A stretch of 64,000 nucleotides of DNA, taken from positions 4,278,001 to 4,342,000 of the forward strand of contig NC_058383.1 in the NCBI RefSeq assembly GCF_018350175.1. The letters are read 5' to 3'. Of this stretch, positions 25,643 through 37,879 are shown one piece after another (position 1 is the stretch's first letter; the number at the start of each line of letters is the position of its first letter). Source of the stretch: Felis catus. Taxonomy: Eukaryota. The notes under the pieces are model-generated. The model made no database searches and was not told the origin of the DNA. It saw only the letters and a list, made by a program, of their open reading frames with translations. A program made the position numbers and the translations under genes.

Positions 25643-26699
25643 TGGGTCCATGCTACCCACTGGAGACCCAGCGGATCTTGGTTTCAAACCAAGTAAACAG
25701 AGAGTGTTCACACAGCCTTTTAAACAGTTTTCAACCAGCCGGCCACTTCCGGGCTCTCCCACTCTGAAGGAAGCCACCCGTGACAGGTGTCTGGGATGGG
25801 GGCAGGCCTGTCCACTCCACCAGCTGCCTGGACGAGGGGGGGTGGCCCGTCCAAACCTCCCCCCGGCTCCCGGCACGGCCTGGTGGCAGAAACGGCCGGG
25901 TGTCGGGGCTGCCAGTGCCTGCCCTCTGGTCAGAGGGTGAGGAAAACGATCCACCGGAATCACTTTTGCCTCGGGAGGCAGCCGTCCCCCTCAGCCGTGC
26001 CTCAACCTTCCGCTCAGGGAGGATCTGGCCTCCAAAGCCCACTCCCCCAAAGGCAGCCTGGTCTCCTGAAGGTTCTGTGGGCACAGGAAGGCGCTCGGGG
26101 AGTGTCCCCTTATCAGCCCACCCACCTCCGGAGGGCCCGGGCCTTGAGGGCGGTCCTGGGACGACCTCCAGGGCCTGGCTCCAAACCAGCCCTCTCACTT
26201 CCGCCCAGACGCCGCCCTGGTTCTGAGGTCGCGAGCAGCCCAGGGTGACTCAGGGTGATGCCTTCCCCTCCCTCCCCCAGGAGGCAGGGCTTCATCAGCC
26301 CTGGGAAAGAAGGCGTCCTGCTCTGTGCGGCGTGGGCTCCTCTCCCAGCCGAGGTGCGTGCGAAACGCGAGGCGCTGTCAGAACGACGTGTTCCCGCACC
26401 ACCTCCCCGCGGGACCGGTCCTGGCTGCGTGGAGGCCGCGCCCCGCCAGGAGTCCTGATGGGCCTCGCTGACGGGCACAGTGGTGGCGGCACCGGCCACC
26501 TCAGGGACGTTCTGCCGGGAAGTGCGGGAGCTGCCCGGGGAGATGTAGCGTGCCAGTGTCTCCGGAGCACGGGACGCCATCTCCTTTCTGCAGCTCCTGC
26601 CCACGGCAGGCGGGTAAGTGCCACCTGCTCCTGTCCCTCAGCCTCCCTGGGCTCGGCTTGCCGCAGAAGGCGAGAATCCAGGGGAACGGGGCCATTTGG

Positions 26700-26775
26700 C
26701 TGTGTTTTAGAAACTGGTGTTTGTTCTGAACAGGCAGTACCCGGCTCTGATCGGACATGGTTCTCGGCAGCCAGC
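26700..26775 (-). ncRNA. MIR589: mir-589 homologous hairpin in FBXL18 intron 3, possibly degenerate
   Basis: Minus strand reads CGAGAACCATGTCCGATCAGAGCCGGGTACTGCCTGTTCAGAACAAACACCAGTTTCTAAA, colinear with recalled human mir-589 (TGAGAACCACGTCTGCTCTGAGCTGGGTACTGCCTGTTCAGAACAAATGCCGGTTCCCAGA), which is hosted in FBXL18. Confidence 0.75.
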
Positions 26776-27004
26776 GTGCACAGAGAGTCCATTATGAGCG
26801 GCGGTCGAGTTCCCGGGCCGACCTACAAAACCCATCTAGCCCGGGCCCCACAGGCCTCCCCGGCCACCGAACTCCCGCACAGCCTTGCTCCTGAGGAGGA
26901 CCTGAGCCACAAGGGTCACGTTCCAGCTGCAGAAGCCACTCGGGACCACTAAATGCTGCTGTGTTACCCCGCTCAACGCTCAACAGGCCCTGTGAGGCAG
27001 GAAG

Positions 27005-27130
27005 TGCCACAGACCAGCTGTGTGGCTCAAGCAAGCTCCTTAATCCTCTGGGCCTCACTTTCCTCATCTGCAAAAGGGGACACTAATAGCTCTACTCCCG
27101 GGGTCGTTCAAAATGTCAAAGGAGTCAACA
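27005..27130. mobile_element. MIR fragment
   Basis: CTCTGGGCCTCACTTTCCTCATCTGCAAAAGGGG MIR-core motif; similar relics near 10640, 30780, 46700 and 55960. Confidence 0.6.
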
Positions 27131-27729
27131 CCTACGAGTGCGGGAAAAACAGCTGGCAGCCGTCACAAGTACACCAACAGGATCCAACAGCAGTCACTTC
27201 CTACAGTCCCTTCCTCTAGCTTCTGGAACACCTTCCCCCTCCATCTGCCGGCTCCCTGCCGCCCTGCCGGCTCCTGCTCCGTCGGCTTTGCTGATACTTC
27301 CTCCACCTCCTGACTGGGTGACCCCGGGCCCGGTCTGTGGTCTGCTTAGTCCCACGTGCTGGCTGGAGTCCACCGCCTCTCAAACTCTGGGACACACGTG
27401 CACAGCTGTGCCCCACAGCCTCCCCATCGCAGAGGATGACGACCGCATCAGCTCAAATGCTCGGGCCAAAAGCGTCAGCATCATCTGGACCCCTCCTTGA
27501 CCCCTCCCACCCGCCCCACGTATCTGATCAATCAGCAAATTCTTGGGTCTCTCCCTGAACGTCTGACACGGCCTCCCCGACAGTGACAGCGCCCCTGCTC
27601 CTGCCCTGGCCCCAGTCTATTTCAGTACAGCGGTGTGACCTGCCCTTCTGCTCCCCTCCAGTCACACGGGCCCCTGGCTGCTCCCGAAACACCCGACACA
27701 CCCCATCTCAGGACCCTGGCATTAACTCG

Positions 27730-27890
27730 GCTCTGTCCAACAAAACCTTGTGTGCAGACGGGAACAATCTCCATGTGTGTTCTGTCCATGGAAGCCACCA
27801 GCACATGCGGTTCCTGACCAGCTGAAATGTGGCTAATACCGCTGAGGAACTGTACGCTTGATTTGATTCCATTTTTACTCATTTAAAAGT
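27730..27890. mobile_element. MER3-like hAT-Charlie fragment
   Basis: CTGTCCAA...AGCCACCAGCACATG...TGAAATGTGGCTA...CTGAGGAACTG pattern. Confidence 0.55.
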
Positions 27891-27893
27891 AAG

Positions 27894-28248
27894 TGCCCGG
27901 CCGGCTCAGTCGGTTAAGCATCCGACTTCGGCTCAGGTCATGATCTCATGGCTCGGGGGTTTGAGCCCCGCGTCGGGCTCTGTGCTGACAGCTCAGAGCC
28001 TGGAGCCTGCTTTAGATTCTGTGTCTCCCTCTCTATCTGCCCCTCCCACACTCACACTCTGTCTCTCTCAAAAATAATAAACAAACAAACAAAAAAAAGA
28101 AGTAAGTCATGTGTGAGGTGCCTGGCTGGCTTAGTTGGAAGAGCATGCACCTTTTGACCTTCGGGCTTGTGAGTTCATGCCCTAGGTTGGGTGTAAAGAT
28201 TACTTAAAGTAAACAAAACAAACAAGCAAACTTTAAAAAATAAATAAA
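27894..28248 (+). mobile_element. Can-SINE (27894-28100) and short tRNA-derived SINE (28116-28248)
   Basis: SINE bodies with A tails. Confidence 0.85.
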
Positions 28249-28591
28249 GTGATTCGCAGACACTACCAACTGATGCGACTCGTTCTGCCTGGCCGGGGAA
28301 TGTTCTTCCCAGGTTCTACTTTGCTAATGCAACTTCGTGAATTTTCTCAAATCTCACCTTCCTGGAATCCGCCACCTGCCCTCCAGCATCCCTCACCCTG
28401 CTCTCCTTTGTCCTCCCCGTCATCTGTTCTTCTCTAATAAACCACATTCTTCCCTCCGTGCACTGTTGGCCCACTTTCCCCACTGGAATGTAAGCTCCCC
28501 ACAGACAAGGAGAGAATTCTATGCCTAGAACAGAACCCAGAATAACAGGTGTTCACATATTTGCTAGATGGAAAAAGAATTATCACGGGTC

Positions 28592-29023
28592 GGGGTGCCT
28601 GGGTGGCTCAGTTAAGCGTCTGAGTTTGGCTCAGGTCATGATCTCATGGTTCTTGAGTCTGAGCCCCACATCGGTCTCTGTGCTGACAGCTCAGAGCCTG
28701 GAGCCTGCTTTGGATTCTGTGTCTCCCTCTCTCTCTGCCCCTCCCCTGCTCATGCCTGCTCTCTCTCTTTCTCTCAAAAATAAATAAACATTAAAAAAAA
28801 TTTTTTTTTAATTTTTTTTTCAACATTTATTTATTTTTGGGACAGAGCGAGACAGAGCATGAACGGGGGAGGGGCAGAGAGAGAGGGAGACACAGAATCG
28901 GAAACAGGCTCCAGGCTCCGAGCCATCAGCCCAGAGCCTGACGTGGGGCTCGAACTCACGGACCGTGAGATCGTGACCTGGCTGAAGTCGGACGCTTAAC
29001 CGACTGCGCCACCCAGGCGCCCC
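28592..29023. mobile_element. Can-SINE (28592-28800 +) with an antisense SINEC_Fc-type copy (28812-29023 -) in its tail
   Basis: AAAAAAATTTTTTTTTA duplicated around the inner copy; AAAGAATTATC duplicated around both. Confidence 0.92.
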
Positions 29024-31216
29024 AAAAAAATTTTTTTTTAAAGAAAGAATTATCGTATTACAGGTGCTAACCCTGTTCTGTAGGCCTTACAGGTACAAAC
29101 TGCTTTGCTCTCACCAGCCCCACTTTACAGGTGGAGGATCTAGGAGCAGGGTGAGGCAGGCAGAGCCAATCCAAAGGGGGCCTGTGTTAGGCGTCCAGCA
29201 GCCCAGGGAGCCGGCAGCACCTGCCATGTCCAGGTAGCCCCACAGGCAGCAGACATGTAACGCTGTGGACATGAGGTAGGCATTTGAGGGAGAGATTCTG
29301 ACTACTTTGACTTATTAAATTAGGTGCTGTATTTTACTTAATTTCATTTTCATCAACTTCCGTTTTTATCAAACACTCCCGGACGATGACCAAACACTCC
29401 CCAACAGCACGGCCAGAAAAGGCACAATGTTTAATGGGTTGGCAAGAAAGAAAAAAGAAAAAAAAAAAAAAAAAAAAAAAAAAAACCCTGATCACAAAGA
29501 GGAGAGATCCAGAAATACCTTGACTCAGAATTTAGTGAAATTAGAACTCAGGTGTTCACCCACCCCCAATTTTAGGGAATGTTCAATTCCTCCTAATCTC
29601 AAGACTCCCAACAGGTTAACAGGGTTGCAGACCCGGGGAGTTTTCTGTTTGCTAAATATATATCAGGACCCATCTGCAGCTTTGAGCAAAATGTGGCCCG
29701 CTGACCGCACGCCGATCACCGCTCCTTCCAGAAAGGCCAGCGATGTGACGGCAAAGGCCCAAGAAGAAGCAAGGTGGGACAAGGCACTGGACAGAGAAGG
29801 ACCAGTGGAGGAGGGAGCAGATTCTTGCTGCTGCAGATACAGAGGCCAAAAGACAGGCATCCAAGCCTCTGACGTCAGACAGGCCCGTCCCGTGAGAACA
29901 GTGGTGGAGGGGGCCGCCCGCTGCAGCCAGGGCCCCTCCTCCGTCCCCGGCGGCTGATGCCACACCCCAACCCGGCAGGAGAGGTGCCCAAGCCAGAGAA
30001 ATTAACAGAGAGGATGGAATTTGGGCCACAAGGCAGAGGTGGGCAGGAAGAGGGACGTCAGGGGGTGGCAGGAAGTAAAGAGCAGGCCTGCGGTCCTCGC
30101 TCCTCCCAGCCCACCCGGGCACTCCGCACCTGCAGCAGGACAGAGGGTCCCAACGGTCCCTGCAATGGGAACAGCAACGCTGCCCATCGAGCGTCCTTAA
30201 CCGTTTCGTGACGTCTTGTATCACCTCTGGGCAAGGCCGAACGTGGCTGGGGAGGCCACAGCCAGAGCCAGGCACACACCGCACCTCGAAGTTCCCGGGA
30301 AGTTAACTTTGACTCGGGTCTAAACCAGGGGGTTCTAACAACTCAGCATTACGATTCTCGAAGCAAGGGTAACTGGAACGCACGGGACACGGCATGAACA
30401 ACTGCCCCCTCCCCAAATACGGGGTTCCGTGGACACTCGGGCTAACGACCGAAGCCGCACATCCAGGGTGTGTGGATCCGACACGGCGGGAAAAACACCG
30501 AGGCCTACTCACCCCGCTCTGCCGGGTCGGATCCTGGGATTCTCACCCCCGACGGCAGGGCCTCAGGAGCCGCAGTGTGGATCGCGCTTGGAGGGAGAGT
30601 GGACAGACGGCAGGCACAGCCTGCAGAGGACCCCTAGAAAGCTCCAGAGCGGGAGCGGCCAAGCCCTCAGCCGGCTCCATTTCCTGTCAGAGGACGCCTT
30701 CTGAGGGGAAAGTGGAAGCCTGCAAAGGCACAGTGGTTTCCATTTGGCACGACCCGGGGCCAAGGTCAAGCTCTGGAGTTCGACTGAGCTGGGTGAACCT
30801 CAGCTCCTCCTTCAAGCTTCCACTACTTGGTCTGTGAAATGGGAACGATGAAGGGCTGTCACGGGGACTAGACGGTGCCTGACAGCCCCTGGCTTAGCAC
30901 CTGGCACTCGGCAAAAACACAGAGTGCGCGCTGACCACTGTGGGGACAGTGACACACACACACGCCTCAGTGCTCCTGCTCTCACGCCACCCACCAGCCA
31001 CCCCACAGCCCCAGCCTGACCGGGAGACCAGCTGAGTGACCGGAGCCCGGCCGCTACATCCTCCCCAACCTGAAGCCCAGCAGAGCTGACATCCGCCCCA
31101 CCATACCTTCCAGTAGATTCTGGGAAACAGTGTGATTTTTCAAGCTCAGTGCAATTTTTCAAGATCAGATCTGTCAAGATTTTCAAACATGTCTCAGGTC
31201 AACAAAGGCTTACCCT

Positions 31217-31473
31217 GTATTTATTTTTTTAAGTTTATTTTATTTTATTTTTAAAGCTTATTTATTTATTCTGAGGTGGGGGAGAGAAGTGGGGGAGGGA
31301 GAGAGAGAGAGAGAGACGGAGAGAGAGAGACAGAGAGACAGAGAGACAGAGAACCTCAAGCAGGCTCCACACTGTCAGCCCAATGCAGGGCTCAAACTCA
31401 TGAAACTGTGAGATCACGACCTGAACCGAAATCAAGGGCCGACGCTTAACCCGCTGAGCCGCCCGGGCACCCC
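31217..31473 (-). mobile_element. Can-SINE
   Basis: TSD CAAAGGCTTACCCT at 31203-31216 and 31474-31487. Confidence 0.92.
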
Positions 31474-32345
31474 CAAAGGCTTACCCTTTCAATGCTCACA
31501 AGAACCCCCCTCTCTCCACGGCTCAATTCAGCGAGAGTCCGCTGTGTCTGGACTCTTAGGACAGCAGCCTGGGTGGGTCCTGCCCCTCACCCTCTCCTCT
31601 CTCAGATCGGCCCGCCACCTCGCTCCGGGCCACTGTCACCTGCCTACAGCAAGCACCGCCCCCTTTCAGGGCCCCTGTCTCCGGCTCCTCCAGTCCAGGC
31701 GGATGCCAGGGGGGCCTTTCCCAGCTGGAGACGGGACTGCTCCCTGCGCCGGCTCTAGTGCGTTCACCTCACCTGGCTGCCCGCCCCACCTCACCTGTGC
31801 TTTTGAGCACCCGGTGTGTTGGCAAGACCCCGGGGCCCCAGCACATGCCGCCTGCTTTTCCAGAAAGCCTTGGCCTCGAGTCTCCTCCCAGCGCCCTCTG
31901 ACTCTTGGCTTCAAAAAGCACACAGTCGGACGGAAAGCCCCGAGTTCGGCTCCTGGCAGCACCCCTCACCAGCTCCGCTACGTGGGGCAACAGCCGCCTC
32001 CTGGGGTCGTCGCGAGGACTGACCAGGACCGCGCACACAGCGGCATCTTCTAGAGCAACCACTCAAACGACCGCAGCGATGCGGACACGCCTGCCTCCCG
32101 CCCCGGCCTCCGCCCCCTGCTGCCTCCCTGAGTCCCGTCACCGCGCACAAGCCCCGGTCGGGCCCCACCGCCCCCCGGGCCCTCAGCCGCTAGAGGACAG
32201 CCCGCCTCTCCTCCACCCCGGCAGACGGGCAGCAGGTACGCGAACGTCTGCCACGCGAGGGCCCGAGCCGCTCACGTCCCCCCGCCGCCTCTCAAGCCTC
32301 CGAAGGGCCAGCGGCGGCCACGGCGGAGCCGCCAGGCCCCCTCAC

Positions 32346-33889
32346 CTGAGGTCCTTCAGCCGCTTGCAATGCTTCAGCATGTCCGAGAGGGCGGACGTGT
32401 AGACCACCTTCCCCATCAGGCCCAGGTTGGCCAGCGACAGGGACTGCAGCTGCTGGCACTGCAGGCCGATGCTGACCAGCCCGGAGCCCGTCAGGATGCC
32501 GGGCAGCTGGGCCAGCGTCAGGTGCCTCAGGAAGGCCAGCTGGCCGACGGCGGCCACCTCCGAGTCCCCGACGCTCTGCGCCCGGCTGCAGGGCGGGAGG
32601 GAGTTGCGGATGGCGGGCTCGTTGCGCGGCATGGCGGAGGAGAAGCTGGACCCGATGAGCTCGAGGCGTTCCAGAAAGGGCACGTTCTTCAGCAGGGCCC
32701 AGAACACGGAGGAGGGCTGGGGGGCCGCCTGCCCCGGGAGGGGGCCGGAATACGACTGCACGCCGATGCGCACCTTCTTGCCGAAGCCGCGGGGCACGGC
32801 GTGCGGGGCGGGCTGGGCCGGGGCGCGGTCGGCCCGCGGCGCCGCCTCGGCCACGGAGCACACGGGCAGGGACAGGGAGCGCAGGCGGCGCAGCCGGGCC
32901 AGCAGCTGGCAGAGGTGGCGGCCCGGGCCGTCGGCGCTGTGGTGGTGGGCGGCCGACAGGTTGAGGTGCTGCAGGTTGTGGCAGGACGCCACGAGCGTCT
33001 CCAGGATGCCGCTGTCGATATCGTCCTCCGCCTTGCGGAGCAGCGAGTCCGGGGACAGGCAGTGCACGCAGCCGCTGAGGTTCAGGCTGGCCAGGCTCCG
33101 CAGGTCCCTCCCGCCGTTGATGACCCGCTGGATCAGGTGGCCGCCGGACAGGGCGCAGCGGCTGAAGCTGAAGTAGAAGGGGTTGTTGAACTTCATGTGC
33201 TGGAGGAGGGACGAGCCGTTGAGCCAGGACTTGGGCAGCTGCAGGGCGTCCAGCGCGACGTTGCGGGCCATGGAGTCCAGGAGGTTCTTGGTGGCCCCGC
33301 TCTCCGCGAAGCTGCCGGGCACGGAGATGAGGAAGGCGTGGAGGTTCTCGGGCGTGCGGTCGCTGAGCACGGCCAGGTAGAGCCGCACCACCTCCTGGTT
33401 GATGTAGCCGGGCGCCAGGCGCGCGTAGAACACCCGCAGGTTCTGGTAGTGGGGCACGTTGCTCTGGCCCACCATGAGCTGGCCCGACAGGACGGCGCCC
33501 TCCCGCGTGCGGTCGAGGATCTCGAAGTAGAGCAGCAGCTTCTCGAGGCTGGTGCAGCAGGGCACCACGCCGTACGAGGGCGTGTACAGCGTCTGCTTGA
33601 GCTCCCGCACGCGGCTCAGCGTGGCCTTGCACTCGCCGCTCAGCTGGCCGGCATCGAAGCCGGGGCTCACGTCGATGGCCAGGGAGCGCAGGTGCTGCAG
33701 GGCCGACAGCATCTTGGAGAGGCGCACGGAGGTCAGGTGGCAGCCCGACAGATTGACCTTCACCAGGCCGCGGCAGCGGGCGACGTGCTCGATGGTGGCG
33801 CCCGACAGCCAGTAGCAGCCGGCCATGTTGAGCTGCTGGATCTCGCGGCCGATCTCCTTCACCACCTGCTTCACCTTGTCCTCGCTCGC
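32346..33889 (-). CDS. FBXL18: FBXL18 coding exon 3 (1544 nt), leucine-rich repeat region
   Basis: 510-aa ORF 32342-33874 with LRR-type motifs (LVKVNLSGC, LASLNLSGC, LQHLNLS); CCCACAG acceptor, GTGAG donor. Confidence 0.97.
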
Positions 33890-33893
33890 CTGT

Positions 33894-33928
33894 GGGACGG
33901 GACGGGACGGGACGGGACGGGACGGGAC
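33894..33928 (+). repeat. (GGGAC)7 microsatellite
   Basis: Seven perfect copies adjoining the exon 3 acceptor. Confidence 0.95.
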
Positions 33929-34134
33929 GGGGAGGGGCGGGGAGGAAGGAAAGGGGCTGAAGGCACCGGGGCGGCTCCTTCCCCCTCATCCCTCGGCCCA
34001 CACCCTCCCCCTCAGCAGTGGACAACCCGGAGCCACAAGGGGCCCGGCAGGGGCTCTGTGCTCCAGCAGAGGAGGGACACCGGAGGGGAGAGCCGGCCCC
34101 TGCCTCCCCTCCCACCAGGCCTACCGGAAGCCAG

Positions 34135-34745
34135 CAGTCGAGAACCCCCAGCTGGGCGCGAATGTAAGCCGGTGCAGCGGGTGTGGAAAAGTGTGGCGGT
34201 GCCTCCTTAAGCTAAAGCCAGGGTTACCATGAGACCCAGCAACTCCACCAAGGGAACGGAAGACACAGGGACTCAATCCGTGCCCGTCACGCACACGGCA
34301 GCACTACCCACAGCAACAACGGGTGGCAACAGCCCAAACGTCCACCAACAGACAAAGGATAAACAAAACGCGGTCTACGCACGCAAAGGAGTACCATTTG
34401 GCCACACGGTGACGCTCTGACACGTGCCACAACATGGTGAACCTGGAGGACGTGACGCTAGGTGAAACAGGCCAGTCCGAGAAGATCCCATGGTGTGTGA
34501 CTCCACTCACAGGAAATACCCACAATAGGCAAATTCACAAACGGAAAGCAGAGCAGAAGTTACTAGGGGCTGGGGAAAGGGGCATGGGGAGTCACCGCTT
34601 AACGGATCCAGAGTTTCCGTTCAGGGTGATGGAAAAGTTCCGGAAACACTGACGATGTTTGCACGACACCACAGAGGTAATCCTGCGTACCGGACAGTAT
34701 GGTGCACTTAAAACCGGTGAAGACGGTAAGTGTTATTATGTGATG
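34135..34745 (+). mobile_element. Old L1 (L1MB-like) 3' end
   Basis: GTTACCATGAGACCCAGCAACTCCAC, CCCAAACGTCCACCAACAGA and ACAACATGGTGAACCTGGAGGAC motifs. Confidence 0.75.
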
Positions 34746-35384
34746 CGGGGGGTGGGGTTCGAATCACGTGATGAAGTCGTGGCCTGGAAACCCGACCTGG
34801 CTGTCGCTGCCCTTTACATCGTAAGCATTTTCACATCATTAGATATTCCTCAAAAATATTCCTCACCGCTTAGGTGAGCCACATTACGTCTGGTCACGGA
34901 AGCCAGCCGCCGACAGCTGCCCGTCCCGGCTGTGCCAGCAAGGCCTTCAGAAACCACACTGCCTCAAGCACCCGCGCACGTCACGTTCGTGCATCCCGAT
35001 CACTGCTCTAAGCTAAACTCGCACACACACAGCCGCTCAGGGGCAGGACACACGCATCAGAAATGCTCCAGACACACTGTGCCGGGGCAGATGCCCTTCC
35101 CTCTACAGGAAAGAACGCTCACAGGCAGGAAGCCTGACCCTGACTCTGGGGAGTGGGCTCAGCTGCCCCCACCCCCACCCCCAGCAGAGAGGGGCACAGT
35201 GCATTCTCCCGTAAAGAGCCAAGCTCTGGAGGGGCCTCACTCTGGGTTCAAATGCACAGCTTCACAACAACAGTAAGGAAACCTTCCCACAGTCTCCTAA
35301 AACTTGGGTCTAGGTCAAGTCCTCTATTTTTATCTTTAAGATATGTCGTCAGTTGACTTTCAACAAAAGTTGCAAGGCAATCAT

Positions 35385-36720
35385 ACAAAAGAATGAAACC
35401 TTGCCATTTGTGACAACATGGATGGATCTAGATGGTTTAATGCCGAGGGAAATAAGTCAAATACCGCATGATTTCACTCATATGTGAATTTAAAGAACAA
35501 AAAAGCAGGGGTGCCTGGGTGGCTCGGTCAGTTAAGCGTCCAACTCTTGGTTTTGGCTCAGGACATGATCTCGTGGTCGGTGGGTTCGAGCTCCACATCT
35601 TTGCTGATAGTGCAGAGCCTGCTTGGGATTCTCTCTCTCCCTCTCTGCCCCTCACCTTCTCACTCTCACACAAAAATAAATAAAACATTTTCTTTTTAAT
35701 TTTAAAAAATAGGGGTGCCTGGGTGGCTTAGTCAGTTAAGCATCTGACTTTCTGCTCCAGTCATGATCTCATGGCTTGTGGGTTCAAGCCCTGCATCAGG
35801 CTCTGTGCTGACAGCTCAGAGCCTAGAGCCTGCTTCAGATTCTGAGTCTCCTTCTCTCTCTCTCTGCCCCTTCCCCCGCTCACATTCTGTCTCTCTCTCT
35901 CTCTCTCTCAAAATAAATAAACTTAATAATAATAATAATAGTCAATTTTTTTAATTAAAAAATAAAGAAATAAAAGAAACAAAAGAGCAAAGGCAAAAGA
36001 GACAGGCAGACAGACAGACAAACCAAGAAACAGACTCTTAAGTACAGAGAACGAACTGATAACTGATGGTGACCTGAGGGGAGGGGATGGGGAAATGAGA
36101 GAAAGAGGTGACGAGGGTTAAGGAGCACACTTGTCATGATGAGCACAGGGTGACGTATGGAAGTGTTGAATCACTAAATCGTACACCTGAAACTAATATA
36201 ACACTGTATGTTAACTATACTGGAATTGAATATATACAGAATAAAAAAAAATTACAGGGCGATTTAACAAGGAAAGGACGACCCTGTCGATAAGTGATGT
36301 TGCAACCGTGAGGAGCCGCATGCAAAAAAAGGAGCCCTCGATCCCTACCTCACACCACATACAGAGATGAACACAACAGGGATTGGACGCATAACAGAAG
36401 AGCGAAAGCTGTAAGACTTCTGTAAGACAACAGCAGAAAATCTTCACGACCTCAGGTCTAACAAAATTTTCTTCAACAGAAATGCGAAACACGAACTCAG
36501 AAAAAAAAATCAATAAATTGTACTTCAACTTAAATTCAAACACTTACGCTCTCAAAAGATCCTGTTAAAAAAAGAGGAAAAGCAAGCCAGACTGCAAGAG
36601 AAAGTACGACACAGGCACCCGACAAGGGACGCAGAGTACGTGAGAACTCCTGTAACTCCACGAGAAGAAGCCCTACACAGCTGCTTCAGCCCCGGACGGA
36701 AACAGCACTGCTGCCATCCC
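35385..36720 (+). mobile_element. L1 3' end (35385-36250) split by two Can-SINEs (35508-35686; 35712-35960), followed by older L1 fragments
   Basis: TTGCCATTTGTGACAACATGGATGG and TGTTGAATCACTAAATCGTACACCTGAAACTAATATAACACTGTATGTTAACTA L1 3'UTR motifs. Confidence 0.8.
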
Positions 36721-37202
36721 AGCGCCCTTCCCCCCCGCGACGCCAGGTGAAAAGGCACAAGGCGATGCCCGCCCTGGCCGTCAGAGAGCGGCCTGGCGGG
36801 AAGGTCCTGGCGGGAAGGTCGCGCAGCAGCTGAAACCCGGCACGCGGCTGCTGGGGGGCGAGATGGGGCCTCCCCCGCACCACCGAAGTGCCAGCACCCG
36901 CCGCGGACCCGGCAGCGCGCTCCTGGGGTACCTGCCGGGAGGTCGGCCTCCCTCCCAGCACCACATCCACCCAGCCTGCGCCCTCCCCCCGGGGGCCACA
37001 CTGACCGCGCCTTCCGGTCTCTAGCTTTTATCACCTAACCATGTGTCTCGGAGGTTGAGCAGGTCAGGACTCGGAGCTCCCACCTTCTTTGTCACCAGCC
37101 GCACGGCGCCCCCCTGCCAGGCTGTGCCGGTCCTCGGAGGCGCACGTGGGCCGTCCCCATCCCCGCCCGCGGGCCAGCACCACCTCGCGACCCACGCCTC
37201 AC

Positions 37203-37418
37203 CTCATAGTCCTTCTGCAGCAGCACCGTGTGGGTAAGGCTCTTGTCCAGGCACAGAACTGCAAGCTTCCGGCAGGTGCGCCGGACGTTCAGGACCAGGT
37301 CTGTGCTGGGCACGTGGCTCAGGATGTGCAGGAGGATCTCATCCGAGAAGCCGAGAAGGTGGGCGCCCACCGCCATAGTGGCTGCTGCAGGGGGCGCGTC
37401 GCCCTCGTTGGACGTGTC
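37203..37418 (-). CDS. FBXL18: FBXL18 coding exon 2 (216 nt), F-box motif LLGFSDEILLHILSHVPSTDLVLNVRRTCRKL
   Basis: CTACAG acceptor, GTGAGG donor, F-box consensus. Confidence 0.96.
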
Positions 37419-37879
37419 CTGTAGATAAGGGGAGGCGGGGAGAAAGACACCGAATTCCCACGGGATCCCTGAGGCGGCCTTCAGCCTGGCCTCCTCGGCC
37501 AAGGACAGATGCCAAGGGAAGCCGTCAGCACAGTCTGTAGGAAAGAAGGTACTTTCACCAAAACCCTTACCTGCGGAGCCAGAGCCCGTGCCATTCAACA
37601 CCCCCTTTCGCATCTGCACACCAGGGTCTCTCCTCAAAAGAGAGGCAAAATGAAATTGCAATTTTTTTCCAAATGTAAGAGACCGTTCCCACTAAAGGTC
37701 TCCCATCAAGCCCGCCATGTTGCGGACTCCACTTCTGACCATCGGCCCACGTTCTCCATTTGGGAAGGAGGCTCTTCTCCCGCTCCCCCCAGCCTCACGC
37801 TATATTCTTAACATGCTCGGGTAGCAGGAGTCTATCAAGAAACAATAGAGGTGGGAAAAATAAATAAATAAATAAATAA

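Noticed and set aside
32369..34210. 613-aa plus-strand ORF, and the 607-aa minus-strand alternate frame 32292-34115
   Set aside because: Shadows of the GC3-rich FBXL18 exon 3; low-complexity translation with no independent gene structure
36792..36819. 14-bp tandem duplication CCTGGCGGGAAGGT x2
   Set aside because: Isolated slippage duplication in an intron with no further structure
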